NCBI GenBank assembly: GCA_002269645.1
Contig: NIVC01000659.1
Location: forward strand, 186,001 to 250,000
DNA length: 64,000 bases
Direction: 5' to 3'
Source of the DNA: Macrostomum lignano
Taxonomy: Eukaryota
The position numbers were made by a program, and so were the translations under genes. The notes below the pieces were generated by a model. The model made no database searches. It was given only the letters and a program-made list of their open reading frames with translations, and had not been told where the DNA came from. This document shows, piece after piece, positions 47,390 through 60,900 of the stretch (position 1 is its first letter; each line of letters begins with the position of its first letter).

Positions 47390-48633
47390 AATGTAGGTGA
47401 GCAGACAGACGGACGGACAGACAGACACACAGACAGACAGACACACACACAGACAGACAGACAGACACACAGACAGACAAATAGACAGACAGACAGACAG
47501 CCAGGCAGGCAGGCAGCCAACGTACTGTCGGTCAATTGTCTGACCAAGTATTGCACTGAAAGCGAATTATTGCTGAGCGTAAGCATTATGGCCACAATCC
47601 GCTACTCGCGAGTAGGCACATGCAGATGCAGCTACCAGTACAATAAGAAGCGCACCCGTGCAAATGTACGGGTTTGCATAAACAGTGCTATAGTTGATTA
47701 AAGAGGGTAAAAGAAAAGCACCTGAACAACTGGGTGAATCCGGTGGCTGTGTACACTGGCAACGGGTGAACAGCTGTTTGGCCGAATAGCAGCTCATTTT
47801 TCGTCTCTTATATCAACCCCGTTAGCTAGCTGAAAGCCAACTACCTGCTAGTTTTATCTGTCTATCGTGACAGCGAGTGGCCCAAAGAGAATGAGCGAGA
47901 GTGCCTGCTCGCATTTCATTATGTTAGGAGACTTGAAGGAAAAAAACTGCTGTGTTGAATTTAGTCTCAAGAACGTACGGGTAAGGCTGGAGAGATGAAG
48001 ACAAACAAGAGACGGTGGCCTCACAAAGGCGATGCTGGGAGAGAGGGAGAGGCTGGAGAAGCGAGGAGGTGGCTGCGGACAGACCTGGAGAACTCAAAGG
48101 AACCGAATTTGGATTGGCAGCTTTTTACTGTAACGCTCGTTTGCAGACACAAGATTTATTGTACAATATAGTACGAGAATAATATCACAATCTGGTAAAT
48201 TACATGTCAGAGAACATCCGCGAGGTTTAATTTAAGCTAGTTATATTTTCATAGTTGTGTCATATTGACGAATCCGGTTGAAAAAATAATGCATATAACA
48301 GAGACAGAATTAGCAGGTGAAATTTTGCTGGAACTTTTCTCGCTTGCTTATTATGGTGTCCGGTAGGATTTCATAAGTAAATTAACTTGATAAATCTGCT
48401 ACTCATATGACCTTGTAGCGTCCGTAGAGGGAGGGGTGAGCGTTAGCGCTCCAGATTCTTGTCTTTAGGTCTCCTGGGGTGCAGAAATCTAATCGAAAAC
48501 ACACGCCGCCCCACCTCCACCTGCACTGGTCTGGGTTAAGCGCTGGTTTCTAAACCATTATAGGCACAGGTTAGTCCGATAAACACGAGAGTGGAATTCT
48601 CGCCTCTTTCATTATCTACTTGCCCAACTTCTG

Positions 48634-51501
48634 ATGAGCATGAGACCGCCGAAGCCGCAGGGTCCGCTGCAGGTGGACAAGGCTACTCACCACTCGCTGG
48701 AGCTGAACTGGGAGGCGCAGCTGCAGCAGGCGGCCGCAGAGCAGAGCGGCGAGGACGGCCGACTTCGAGTAGAGGTCCAGTGGTGCCGATTTGAGAACAC
48801 CTGGGAGGTGGCCTACAAAGGATTCGATGTGCGCTGCGTCTGCGCAGGCCTGGAGCCCAACCAGGAGTACCAGGTGGGCAGTTGAGCTTTGCGAAATTCG
48901 AAATCTTGATGGCTGTTTAATTTAACTCTGAGGGACATTGCTAATACAGCTGACGCCAATTCCGTTAGAAACGAATTACCGTGACAAGAATTGCTATAGA
49001 GAGTCATTGCAAACAACTCACTCTAGCGACTATGGGGCGACTCTTGTGACTTTTTAGCGACTGGTGCGATGGAGAAGCGGTTTTTGAGTCTGGAGCGCAT
49101 CACGTGAGCTGCAGAATCGTAAAAGAGTCGTGAAAAGATCGTCCAAGAGTCGTTGTGTTAGCGCTTTACTTTCTACTGACTCAAGTAGTCTAAACAGAGT
49201 TGTTATAAATGCGAAATGCGATTCTGATTCGTTAAGTAAGTGACGCAAATGCGCTTTAGACGCAAGTCGGTGATTCTGCAGCGACTCGAGCTGCCTCAGA
49301 TCCGACTTTACGGCCCCAGAGTCATTTCAGAGTCGAAGCCTACATGTAGGTACCGTTTTCAGCGGAATAGTACGATACATTCTTGCAGAAGCCTTGAAAA
49401 TCGTGTCTCGTTACGTCTAAACTCAATGTGAGCGATGGTTTTCTAGCGAGGAGGAACACTGATACGTACACAGGCATGGCACAGGCTCACAGGATGTCCC
49501 TTCCCTCAAATGAATGAATTGAACCAAGGGTCGTGTCGTGCGACTACGTGATTACAGTTGAGCTACTCCAGCCCGACAGCAAGAATTCGTTTGTTTTGTA
49601 TATTTGTGGATTGAGTGCCCGCAGCCCCTGGATGTAAGAGCAACTGCAGCACCCCCCCCTCGTCAAAACCCAGGTGCGAATCCGGTTCGGCAACGGGCAC
49701 GGCTGGGGCGACTTCAGCGAGCCGGTGACATCGAAGACCGCCGCCAAGCCGTTCAGCGGCGAGGATCTGCACCGGTATATTCGTCGACGAAATTTGGACG
49801 CTCTGGTGAATGTGCTGGAGACCGGGGAGGCCAACCCCAATGCGCCGGATGACAAAGGTTTTACGCCTCTGGCTGAAGCGGCTCTGGAAGGCTTGCTGGA
49901 CTATTGTCAGGCGCTGCTGGACCATCGGGCTGATGTCAACTGGTCTGGAGACAATGGTGCGTCGAAGGGTTGAAGCTGGATTAGTTTACATATTACCGTT
50001 GTGGTGTACATGCTGAATGAATTTTACTTCCTGATAGAGTGTACCCTCAGGGAGAAATAATTATTTTTTCATCACAAAGACAATGATTGCATTTGATCTG
50101 TGGTAGTAAAGATTACCATTATTGTACAATAATTTAGCATGCACAGCACGTTACTCTGTTGATTTTATGTAGTTCTGTAGTAAAATGATTTTTTCTTATC
50201 AGAATTCTCATCTTAAATTGGCCTCCAAAAATTACACAATGTTTGAGTTTTTTTGTCGTGTTTTTCGACAGTACAGTGGTGATTTTTTTAAATTAATGTG
50301 TTAGTACATGGATTCTAGAGTGTGTGGCAGAAGGAGGACTTAAGTGGGACGGGAAACCTCGTTTCCTAGAAAATTTTTGAAGGCGGCTTTTCCCGAAAAA
50401 ATACACTACGGAGATAGGAAGTTTTCATTTTTTCAGCAAAAAATTGCTATTGCTTTTGATAGGAGGCAGATCCAGTGTTCATCTTTTGATATGTTGTGCC
50501 TTTTTTATTGCTCTATCGATATTTATAAAGCTTTTCGTTCAGAAAATTAGGATTCTATGTTAATTTTTTTTCTACGTACATTTCCTTTACCTAAACAATA
50601 ATAAAAATGCATGGCACAGCTTCAATCTTTGGTTTTATGAATCTATCTTATCATCTCTGTTACAAATATTTGTTACTCAGTCAGCTAAGGATGATAAAAT
50701 AGACTCATAAAACCAAAGAGCCGAGCCGTGCCATTTTAATGGTTTTTAGGCACAAGACAAGTGCAAATGTACGTAGAATAAAAATAACGTATTTTTAAAG
50801 TGATAAAGTATTTTTCGGAAAAGCCGGCCCTCAAAACTTTTCCAGGAAACGAGGTTTCCCGTCCTTCTACTTAAGTCGTCCTTGGTGTTGCATTGCTGAC
50901 AAAATAAACATTGCTGATCAAAGTCGTTTGTCCAATGTTTAATTTTCAAAGAACTTCCCGATCCTGCACCGCCGCAGGCAAGACCTGCCTGATGCTGGTG
51001 GCCTACAAAGGCAAGCCGGAGGTGCTTCAATGGCTGCTGGAGTCGGCCAACGCCAGTTTGCATCCGCGCGATCGCAACGGGCTCAGCGCGCTGCACTACG
51101 CGGTGGACGGCGAACAGCTGGACAATGTCCGACTCCTGCTGGACGCCGGAGCCGACCTGCACGCCAAGGACAACGCCGGCTGCACGCCGCTGCTCCGCTG
51201 CGCCCAGCACCGCAATAACGGCAACGCAGCATTGGCAGTCGAGCTGCTCAACCGTGGAGCGCTAGTCGACGAGACCGACTCCAGCGGGCAGACGGCGCTG
51301 TTTTACTGCGTGATGAACCGGCACGAGAAGCTGGCCGCTGTGCTGCTGCATCACGGAGCCGACATCCGGGCCACCAACAGCCGCGGCCTGTCCGTGCTGA
51401 AGGCCACAGACGGCCAGCAACCGGACCGCAAAGCGATGCGGGCGCTGCTGCTTGAGCACGAGGAGAAACGCCGGTCGGAGCAGCAGCAGAAATCCGCTTA
51501 A
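48634..51501 (+). CDS. FANK1: Fibronectin type III and ankyrin repeat domains protein 1; exons 48634-48873, 49674-49956, 50978-51501 (348 aa)
   Basis: FN3 (HHSLELNW...GLEPNQEYQVRIRFGN) followed by ankyrin repeats (GFTPL, GKTCLM, GLSALH, GCTPL, GQTAL); phases consistent. Confidence 0.9.
50330..50884. mobile_element. hAT-type MITE in FANK1 intron 2
   Basis: TIRs ...ACTTAAGT...GACGGGAAACCTCGTTTCC; TSD GTGTGGCA/GTGTTGCA (7 of 8 match); same family as 57090-57799. Confidence 0.85.
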
Positions 51502-51799
51502 GTTAGGCGTTCGTGAACCGCAAATCTCACAATAAACTTACATATTTATTGTTTTAATACGGTACAAAATGAACATTCTACACATTGAATTCTGAGCATT
51601 CTGTTGTTGCGACCCGCTTATGCTATAACATCAAATTTTAATTCAAAGTATTTGTATTATCAAGCTCAAATTTTGAAATTGATTTAGTCATTCGTTAAAA
51701 ACCATAAAAATAATTATATTTGAAAACTTTTCAAATCAATCTGACTACCTATCGTCTCTTTGGCGTGTAAAAAACATTGAAAATATGCATTTAAGTGTC

Positions 51800-52240
51800 C
51801 TTCCTGACGTCATGTAGCATCTGTGTTCTTCCTGACGTCATGTAGCATCTGTGTCCTTTCTGACGTCATGTAGCATCTGTGTCCTTTCTGACGTAATGTA
51901 GCATCTGTGTCTTTTTAGACATCATGTAGCATCTGTGTCCTTTCTGACGTCATGTAGCATCTGTGTCCTTTCTGACGCCATGTAGCATCTGTGTCCTTTC
52001 TGACGCCATGTAGCATCTGTGTCTTTTTAGAAATCATGTAGCATCTGTGTCCTTTCTGACGTCATGTAGCATCTGTGTCCTTTCTGACGTCATGTAGCAT
52101 CTGTGTCCTTTCTGACGTAATGTAGCATCTGTGTCTTTTTAGACATCATGTAGCATCTGTGTCCTTTCTGACGTCATGTAGCATCTGTGTCCTTTCTGAT
52201 GTCATGTAACATCTGTGTTCTTCCTGACGTCATGTAGTCA
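51800..52240. repeat. 28-bp minisatellite (GTGTCCTTTCTGACGTCATGTAGCATCT)n containing the CRE palindrome
   Basis: About 16 units, roughly half with perfect TGACGTCA. Confidence 0.93.
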
Positions 52241-53809
52241 TTTCCATGTAGTTATGTCATGTCCCTTTGCTCGCTCACCCGGGTCCTTTGTTACGCACTC
52301 GTATGCATCTTTAAGTGCTGGCGCCCCTTCCGGTGCCCTATGCCGACAGACGCTTCCTCATCTGTGGCTAATTACTATCAGCAAAAAGCCACAACTGCGG
52401 AACCTTTTGATTAGGCTGACAAAGCATTTTTTTGACTCACCCAATCCGACTATCCTTGTCATCGATGCAACTTCTCAAGTGTCTAATAGTTCCCAAATGA
52501 TTTCCAAAGCCAACTGTGAGTTTTAAGCTGCAGGAGTCCTCGAGTCAAAGCATGGGATAACCGGATCGGTAAATCCGACAACCATGGATAGGCGTCGACA
52601 AGAGCAGCCAGTCAGCAGCGGACATCGCTGCATCAACAGCCCGCATCAATTTGCCTCCAAGCTGGACTCGACTCGGAGAAATTCGATTCCGTATGGGCGG
52701 CAGGCAAATCAGCGGGGGGAGGCCGTGAGGGGGCAGCCAGCGCCGGTAAATACGGGTCGTTAGGGAGGCGAGCTTATTTAACAGGTGAAAAGTCTGCCTC
52801 CGTTTTCGATACTTTTCTCAGAAGCTCTGACGTTGGTATCGAGTATTTGAGCTCGTTAAAAACACAAACTTGCTTTGCAAAATGTCAAATAATTCCGTTG
52901 AAAGTGTTACTGGTAAGTTTAATTGATAATAAGTGAATCTGGGTATAGAAACGGTGTAAAAATTCATTGAGTATACCCAAAAGTCTGTTCCAATCAGAGT
53001 TTACAGCAGATGTTTCAATATACTGATATACCTGAGTAGCACCAGAGCTCCTTATTGGTAAGGTAACGCGTCAGACCAGGGGTCGACAAACTCCGGACGG
53101 CGAGCCACTTGCGGCCTGCAATGGCCCCTCGGGTCCTTTGAAACTTCAAAATAGCAATCCGGCCGATCAGGGTTGCTGTCGCTCCTCAGCTCCCTTTACT
53201 CTAATCTCTTCCTCCTTTCTCCTCTCCTCCTCCTTCTCCTCGTCTCCTCTCCTCTCCTCTCATGTCTAATCTTTAATCTCTTCTCATCTCCTCTCGTGCC
53301 CTCTTTTCTCCCTTATTACATCGCCTCTCGTTTATCCTATCTTTCTTCTCTATTCCCTCTCTTCTCGTTCCTCCTCTTGCCCGCAGTCTTGCGCTAGGTT
53401 CACTATCTGGCCCTTGAGTAAAAAATTCGCCGACCATTGTGCCAGACTCTCGCGCGAAAGTCCCTGGTTCGATTCCGGGTGCAATCACATTAACGTGGGT
53501 CCGACAGCGCAAAAGTTCGCACCTGAGGCTTGTTGTACGATTCACGGCCATGAGAAATAACCTTTATTGTGTATATTCCCGAAATCAGGGTCTCCAAATA
53601 CCCTGCACGTCTAGATTGTTGCTTTGATTAGCGGCAATGCCCAACTCCGTCCAATTAAAAGCCAACAAAATCCACAGAATGCACACAGGAAACACAGGTA
53701 GAGTTGAGGTCTTATCTAGTTTAGTCAAACAGAAGATCTGATAGAAGTAAAAAAAACGCAAGGGTAAGTGAGTAGACTGTTGCTGGACGCAGCCAATTCC
53801 CCGCAGACA

Positions 53810-54125
53810 TGAGGATAGAGCGAAAGGGTCAGAGAGGAGACGCCGGCTAGCCACAACCAATCAGCGCAGAGATCAGGATAGAGCGAAAGGGTCAGAGAGG
53901 AGACACCGGCTAGCCACAACCAACCAGCGCAGAGATTAGGATAGAGCGAAAGGGTCAGAGAGGTGACGCCGGCTGGCCGCAACCAATCAGCACAGAGGTG
54001 AGGATAGAGCGAAAGGGTCAGAGAGGTGACGCCGGCTGGCCGCAACCAATCAGCACAGAGGTGAGAATAGAGCGAAAGGGTCAGAGAGGAGACGCCGGCT
54101 GGCCGCAACCAATCAGCGCGGAGAT
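53810..54125. repeat. 60-bp tandem repeat with AACCAATCAG in most units
   Basis: About 5 units immediately before the GPCR exon. Confidence 0.9.
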
Positions 54126-54204
54126 AAGAAGAGAGCATCAGAATTAAACTAAGACACCAACCGGTTTATAGTGAATCTCCACTAATATTTTCTTCAAGTT
54201 GCAG

Positions 54205-55494
54205 ATGAGCCCTACTCATCTCTTTGGATCGTCAAGAAAACTACGGATGAGATTCTAGCGAACTTAAGGCTCTTCGTGGCTCCAACCGCATCTGCGGTGA
54301 GCATAGTGGGCCTTCTTCTATCCGTATGGGCGTTCGCTAGAACCTGGCGCGTCCTCAAAGGCAAGGACCTGCTGCTGTGCGCCAATATCGCGGCCGACTT
54401 CGTCACCGTTGTCACCACGTAATTTTCAATCGTTTGATTATCAAATGGCCAAGCCGCACACGTTACCAGGCACAAAAATAATTTGGCAAGTTAGCAAAAA
54501 GTGAAGTATAAGAGATAGTCTACTATGAGTAGTAATAGCAGGAGGGCTGCGGGCACCCTTCGGCGACATCGTCCTAGAAGCAGCGCCGAAGTAATTCTGC
54601 TCATTACGCTGCTCGGCACGCACTCATACACACGCTCACACAGGGTCGTCAGTCATGTACACTCTCACCTAGCAGTCCTTGCCAATGTCCCTTCCTGGTG
54701 TCCGCAGGCTGACTGCCCGCGAGTTTCTCAACGGCGGCCTCGGTAGTCGAATGTCGCTAGCGCTGCCCCACCTGGCTCTGAACTGGGCCTGCAAGCTGTG
54801 GGCCTTCTTCTGGGTGCTCAGCAATAGCCTGTCGTCCAATTTGATTTGTCTGATGGCCGCGGACCAGATCTACGCCCTGTGCTGGCCGCTGCGCCACCGA
54901 ACTCGCATGACAAAGCGGAAATACTGCCTGACGCTCTTCTTGTTCGTCTTTCTCTTTGCCTGCGCAGCAGCTCAGGGCGTCCTGTACGAGACTTACGACT
55001 ACTATGGGCAGAGGTACTGCTACCTGCCACTCATGCTGATCAAAGTCGTCTCCGAGCTCACCCAGGCCTACGCCTCGCTGCTACTTAACGGCGTTGTTAG
55101 CAGCATAGCTCTGGCCGTTAGCAACGTCTTCATCTGCGCCAAGATCTTGTCGATTCGAGCAGCCAGTGCGAAGCTGCAGCAGCAGGCGGACCAGCAGGCG
55201 GTGGACCTGCGCGGCGCCAGAAGCCTGCTGGTCACTGCCGCCGTCTACCTACTGGTCTCGCTGCCCCGAGTGGCGACGTACTTTTTAGCCTATCTCAACA
55301 TCCGCTACAACATGTGGGATAACGGGGACATCATGAACCCACTGCTGCTGGCGCTGGCTAACGTTTTCAACTACCTGTTCTACGTGTACTGCTCGGTTAA
55401 CTGGCTGCTCTGCGGTCTGCGAATTCGGCTGTTTCGCCACCAGTTCAACCAGCTCCTGGGCCGCCTCAGGCAGCGCGCCACTGGGCCTGCGTAG
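54205..55494 (+). CDS. Orphan rhodopsin-like (class A) 7TM GPCR; exons 54205-54418, 54708-55494; N-terminal exon not located
   Basis: Seven hydrophobic segments; TM3 end LMAADQIYALCWPLRHR; TM6 VYLLVSLP; TM7 followed by FRHQF helix 8; phase-2 intron consistent. Confidence 0.8.
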
Positions 55495-55569
55495 GCTGCT
55501 AAAGTTTGAGGACATTTGGCACCAACTCTAAGCTCCCAATGTGACGTCACACAATTACACATCTGGCGC

Positions 55570-55900
55570 CAACCCTAGCTCTCAGATCGGTTCCAATTAA
55601 CCCTAGCTCTCAGAATGGGCGATTAACCCTGGCTTCCTAGATCGGCGCCAATTAACCCTAGCTTTTAGATCGCGCCAATTATCCTTAGCTTTCAGATCGG
55701 CGCCAATCAACCCTAGCTCGATCAGATTGGCGCCAAATAAACCTAGCTCTCAGATCGGCGCCAATTAAACCTAGCTCTCAGATCAGCGCCAATTAACCGT
55801 GGCTCTCAGATCGGCGCCAATTAACCGTGGCTCTCAGATCGGCGCCAATTAACCCTGGCTCTCAGATCGGCGCCAATTAACCCTAGCTCTCAGATCGGCG
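55570..55900. repeat. 28-bp minisatellite (GGCGCCAATTAACCCTAGCTCTCAGATC)n
   Basis: Tandem units after the GPCR stop. Confidence 0.9.
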
Positions 55901-57089
55901 CCATATTTGATTGTTACTGGCATTTGGGATTAGTCTATAGTGCTTGTGGTGTGTCTGTTTTGTAGTAAAAATGTTTGTGTCTCTACCCAGATAAAGTGTG
56001 ATTCGAACTAAGGAGTCTAGTAATTAGGAGTTCTAGAAAAAGTCTCTACTTGTTAGTAGGCTGTTTTAAACGTTGCTTTTTAGACGCACCACATTTACAG
56101 GTAAGCTAGCTGATAAAAATGATGGGACAACGGTAGGTGGTATTTTTAGCGATTTAAAAACACTCGAAGCGAGCCCGTGACCTACAATTTAATTAGCAAG
56201 GTACTGTAGTTGCATCAGGACACTCCTTTTTCGATATTATATTTTTTAATTCTGATTTCGCATCAAAATCGCTTTAGTAGTGTGTTAAAATTTGATGTTA
56301 TATTTTGATTAAACATTTTATAAGCACCCAGTGTACTTTGAAGTACTCAGTAAATGAATTAATAGAAACTTAATTTTTATTTTAATCAAATTTATATATT
56401 ATTTATTGCATGTTGTTTTTACGTTGATGATCCTAAAAAAAATTTATTTAGTTTAATTTATTTATATTTTACTTTATTTAATTTCTTTTTTCCAACGTTT
56501 GGCGTAACAAAATTTTGCACCCGTTGTTGTCTGTTCCTCACCAGCTATAATCAAGAAGTTCAAAGTTTATTTTTTATTTTCTCGATTACTTCTTGTCAAC
56601 GTTCTTTTTGTTAATTTAACAGACTCTGTTGTGGGCAACTCTGTTTATGGCACTGCATGCCAGTCCAATTCCGCGGCAAGCTCTGATCGAGGGAAATAAA
56701 AAGCTAGACAAGAAACAAAAAACAAATAAGAGAAATGGCCAGGGCAGACCGCCACTGCGTTTTCCTTGTTGGCAGCAAATATATACTCTTTATAATTACT
56801 GCGACAGGTAAAATATGCAAAATACTTTTTACCGTAATAACTAGTAAAAATTAGAATTTGTGGAGAGTTTTAGAGGAATAGCTCTAAAACTATAGCGAAA
56901 GATGCATCGAAATTCACGATCGATTTTTTTATTAATAAAGGTTTTAAACAATGTATTTGACGATTTACCCTTTTTAAATGTCCAATCCCTAGCTATAAAA
57001 GCTAGAATTAATTTTATTGAATCAATAGTCTTCCACTCTGATCCAGAGACCGCGCATTCTAACCTGAAATCAATGCTCCATAATGCAAC

Positions 57090-57799
57090 CAAGGACGACT
57101 CAAGTAGAAGGACGGGACACCTCGTTTCTTAGAAAATTTTAGAAGGCGGCTTTTCCCGAAAAAATACACTAGCTACGGCCAGATAGGAAGTTTTTGTTTT
57201 TTCAGCACAAAAACTGTTATTGCTTTTGATTGCAGGCAGTTCCAGTGCTCATCTTTTGATATGCTGTGCCTTTCTTATTGCTTTATTGATATTCATAGAG
57301 CTTTTCGTTCAGAAAATTAAGATTCTATGTAAATTTTTCATTCTACCTACATTTCCTTAACCAAAAAAAATATTAATGCATTGCACAGCTCCAAATCATT
57401 GGTTTTATGAATCCATTTTATCATTTGTGCAGCTTGTGCTACGCATATTTGTTACACAGTCAGCTAAAATAGATAAAATAGACTCATAAAACCAAAGAGC
57501 CGAGCTGTGCTATTAATGGTTTTTAGGCACAAGACATGCGGAAATGTACGTAGAATAAAAAATCAACATAGAATCCAATTTTCTGAACGAAAAGCTCTAT
57601 GAATATCAATAAAGCAATAAGAAAGGCACAGCATATCAAAAGATGAACACTGGATCTGCCTCCTATCAAAAGCAATAACAATTTTTGTGCTGAATAAACG
57701 AAAACTTCCTATCTCCGTAGTGTATTTTTTCGGGAAAAGCCGCCTTCTAAAATTTTCTAAGAAACGAGGTCTCCCGTCCTTCCACTTAAGTCGTCCTTG
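57090..57799. mobile_element. hAT-type MITE (710 bp) with long inverted arms of about 200 bp
   Basis: TIR CAAGGACGAC...GTCGTCCTTG; 8-bp TSD AATGCAAC. Confidence 0.9.
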
Positions 57800-57986
57800 A
57801 ATGCAACCTGAACCTAATACTACCCAAATGCAACCCCTCAAGCTACTCGTAAACTGAGGCCAACTAGCCAAACCAATTTAAGTCTGCAAATGCTGAAGCA
57901 GACAAACCATGCACATCTGGCTGGTGTAACAAGTGAAGCGTCTAGAGCAGCGTACTCTGTCGTTGAGAAGCGACTCCAGCTCAAGC

Positions 57987-60900
57987 TCACACCGATGGGA
58001 ACTGCTGCTCATTGCCACTGCCGTTCTCCACCCCAATGGAGCCATAGCGCGGCCGCCGCATCTCCGACGCGGCCAGGTCCTCCGGCTCGGTGAAGTTGTC
58101 AACAACCTGCCGCTCGCGTTCCTCGTGCTCGGCGCGCCAGTTCAGCTCGTTGCCGCGGACGAACTTCTCCGCGTCTTCAACGGTGTCGGGCAGCGGCATG
58201 TCCTTGGTCTCCGGCAGCCACAGCACGCTCAGCACCGATACAATAGTCAGGCCGCCAAACACCACAGCCGGTAGCCACTCGGCCACTGTTGACAGGTAAT
58301 TAATCACAGGTGAGATTACGCTGAGAAAGCCGGCTACCACGGCCGAGAGGAAGACACCGTTGTTGCGCAACGAGGTGGGGAAATTCTCAGCGCCGTAGAT
58401 GTCCATGGCTGAGTAAGCGGCCGTGAGTAGGCACTTGCCTGGGGAATTTCATGAAAGTTGGGTGCATTGTGCTTGTAGTCTGAATTTCTCTTGTGACTCA
58501 AGTCCTAAGCTTGATCCCTGATTTCTCTGACTTCTCTTGTGACTCAAGTCCTAAGCTTGATCCCTGATTTATCTGACTCTCTTGTGACTCAAGTCCTAAG
58601 CTTGATCCCTGATTTATCTGTGACTATCTTGAGACTCAAGTCCTAAGCTTGATCCCTGATTTATCTGTGACTCTCTTGTGACTCAAGTCCTAAGCTTGAT
58701 CCCTGATTTATCTGTGACTCTCTTGTGACTCAAGTCCTAAGCTTGATCTCTGATTTCTCTGACTCTCTTGTGACTCAAGTCCTAAGCTTGATCCCTGATT
58801 TATCTGTGACTATCTTGAGACTCAAGTCCTAAGCTTGATCCCTGATTTATCTGTGACTCTCTTGAGACTCAAGTCCTAAGCTTGATCCCTGATTTATCTG
58901 TGACTCTCTTTAGACTCAAGTCCTAAGCTTGATCCCTGATTTATCTGTGACTCTCTCGAGACTCAAGTCCTAAGCTTGATCTCTGGTAACTTGGTATTGC
59001 CGAAACACACAGACATACCGATAAGCGCCATTGCAACCTTGATGGCAAACAGGTACTGCTGCTCCTGCGGTATGAACGGCACGGCAATTATGGCCACTCC
59101 AGCCACGATGGACATCGCCACGGTAGGCGTACGGCGCCCGATCCGCTCGGAGACCTGCCAGGCGAGTAGGTAGGCGGGAATCTCTAGCACGCCGCTGACA
59201 GCCGTGTTGATGTACACGTCGTCAATGATGAACGTGGTGTCTATGGTGAGGCCGTAGTAGGCCAGTGAGTACACCAGCATCACGAAGACAATGATGAGAG
59301 TCTTGCGGCGCATGATTGGGTAGGTGAACAGCTCCAAGGTGCGGCCCGTGGGCGTCTCCTCTATCACGATCTTCTGCAAGTTGCGACCGTGAGGTACTAT
59401 GTACAGGAGTGGATGTTTGTTCAACAGATAAAGCCAGAGACCTCGGCATTTCTCTATAGAGAGATCTTGGCGCTTCTTTAGACATTCAGAGACTCTGTGG
59501 CACTCAGTTAGGGATCATGGAAATTCTATCGACATCTAGAGACTCTGTGACACTCATCTACAGATCCCGGCACTTCTATAGACATCTAGACACTCTGTTA
59601 CACTCATCTAGAGATCCTTGAACTCCTCTAGACTCTCCTAGAAACTTCTCTAGAGTCGGCCTCTTGTGCCTCTGTGCCTTGTCTTGCTGCAGACCTGCTC
59701 AGAGTCACCCTAAAAACTAACTTAATTAACCACAGAGCTGTAATCAATCACATCAAACTTGTTGGTCCTCCATCGAATTCCGTTCCATCGGGCCATCTTC
59801 TCGAACACTCGACCGGCCTCCTTCGTTCGGCCCTTCAGCAGCAGCCAGCGAGGCGACTCCGGCACCAGGAAGTACACCAGGATGTAGCTGGAACTGAACG
59901 CCAGACTAATTAATTGAATGATGCGCCACTCCTGGCCCAGGTAGGCGATGAGGCTGCATAGCGAGTAGCCGATGCACCAGAGCAGCCAATAGAGATTGCC
60001 CAGCATGGCCCTGTGCTTGGCGGCTGTCAGCTCTTCGACCAATAAGAGGCCCTGGTAGTACACTGGCGATGCCAGACCTGCGAGCGATGTGGTATTTTCG
60101 AATTTGTTATCGGTTTCGACTTTCGACACAAGTTCATGTACTGCTCGCATAAATTTTCATGAAGATTACTTGTCACTCCTGGCATTGATTTGTCACTCCT
60201 GACACTGATTTGTCACTCCTGACATTGATTTGTCACTCCTGACACTGATTTGTCACTCCTGACATTGATTTGTCACTCCTGACACTGATTTGTCACTCTG
60301 ACACTGATTTGTCATTTCTGACACAGATTTTTTATTTCTGACATTGATGTGCCACTTCTGACAGTGATTTGTCACTCCTGACATTCATTTGTCACTTCTG
60401 ACACTGATTTGTCACTCCTGACACTGACTTGTCACTTCTGACACTGATGTGTCACTTCTGACACTGATTTGTCACTCTTGACAGTTTTTTGTCACTTCTG
60501 ACATTGATGTGCCACTTCTGACACTGATTTGTCACTCCTGACACTGATTTGTCACTCCTGACACTGACTTGTCACTCCTGACACTGACTTGTCACTCCTG
60601 ACCCTGACTTGTCACTTCTAACACTGATTTGTCACTCCTGACACTGACTTGTCACTCCTGACACTGACTTGTCACTCCTGACACTGACTTGTCACTCCTG
60701 ACACTGACTTGTCACTCCTGACACTGACTTGTCACTCCTGACACTGACTTGTCACTCCTGACACTGACTTGTCACTCCTGACACTGACTTGTCACTCCTG
60801 ACACTGACTTGTCACTCCTGACCCTGACTTGTCACTTCTAACACTGATTTGTCACTCCTGACACTGACTTGTCACTCCTGACACTGACTTGTCACTCCTG

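Noticed and set aside
55570-55900. Interstitial telomeric repeat (TAACCCTA in each unit)
   Set aside because: Only about one hexamer per 28-bp unit; no (TTAGGG)n tract
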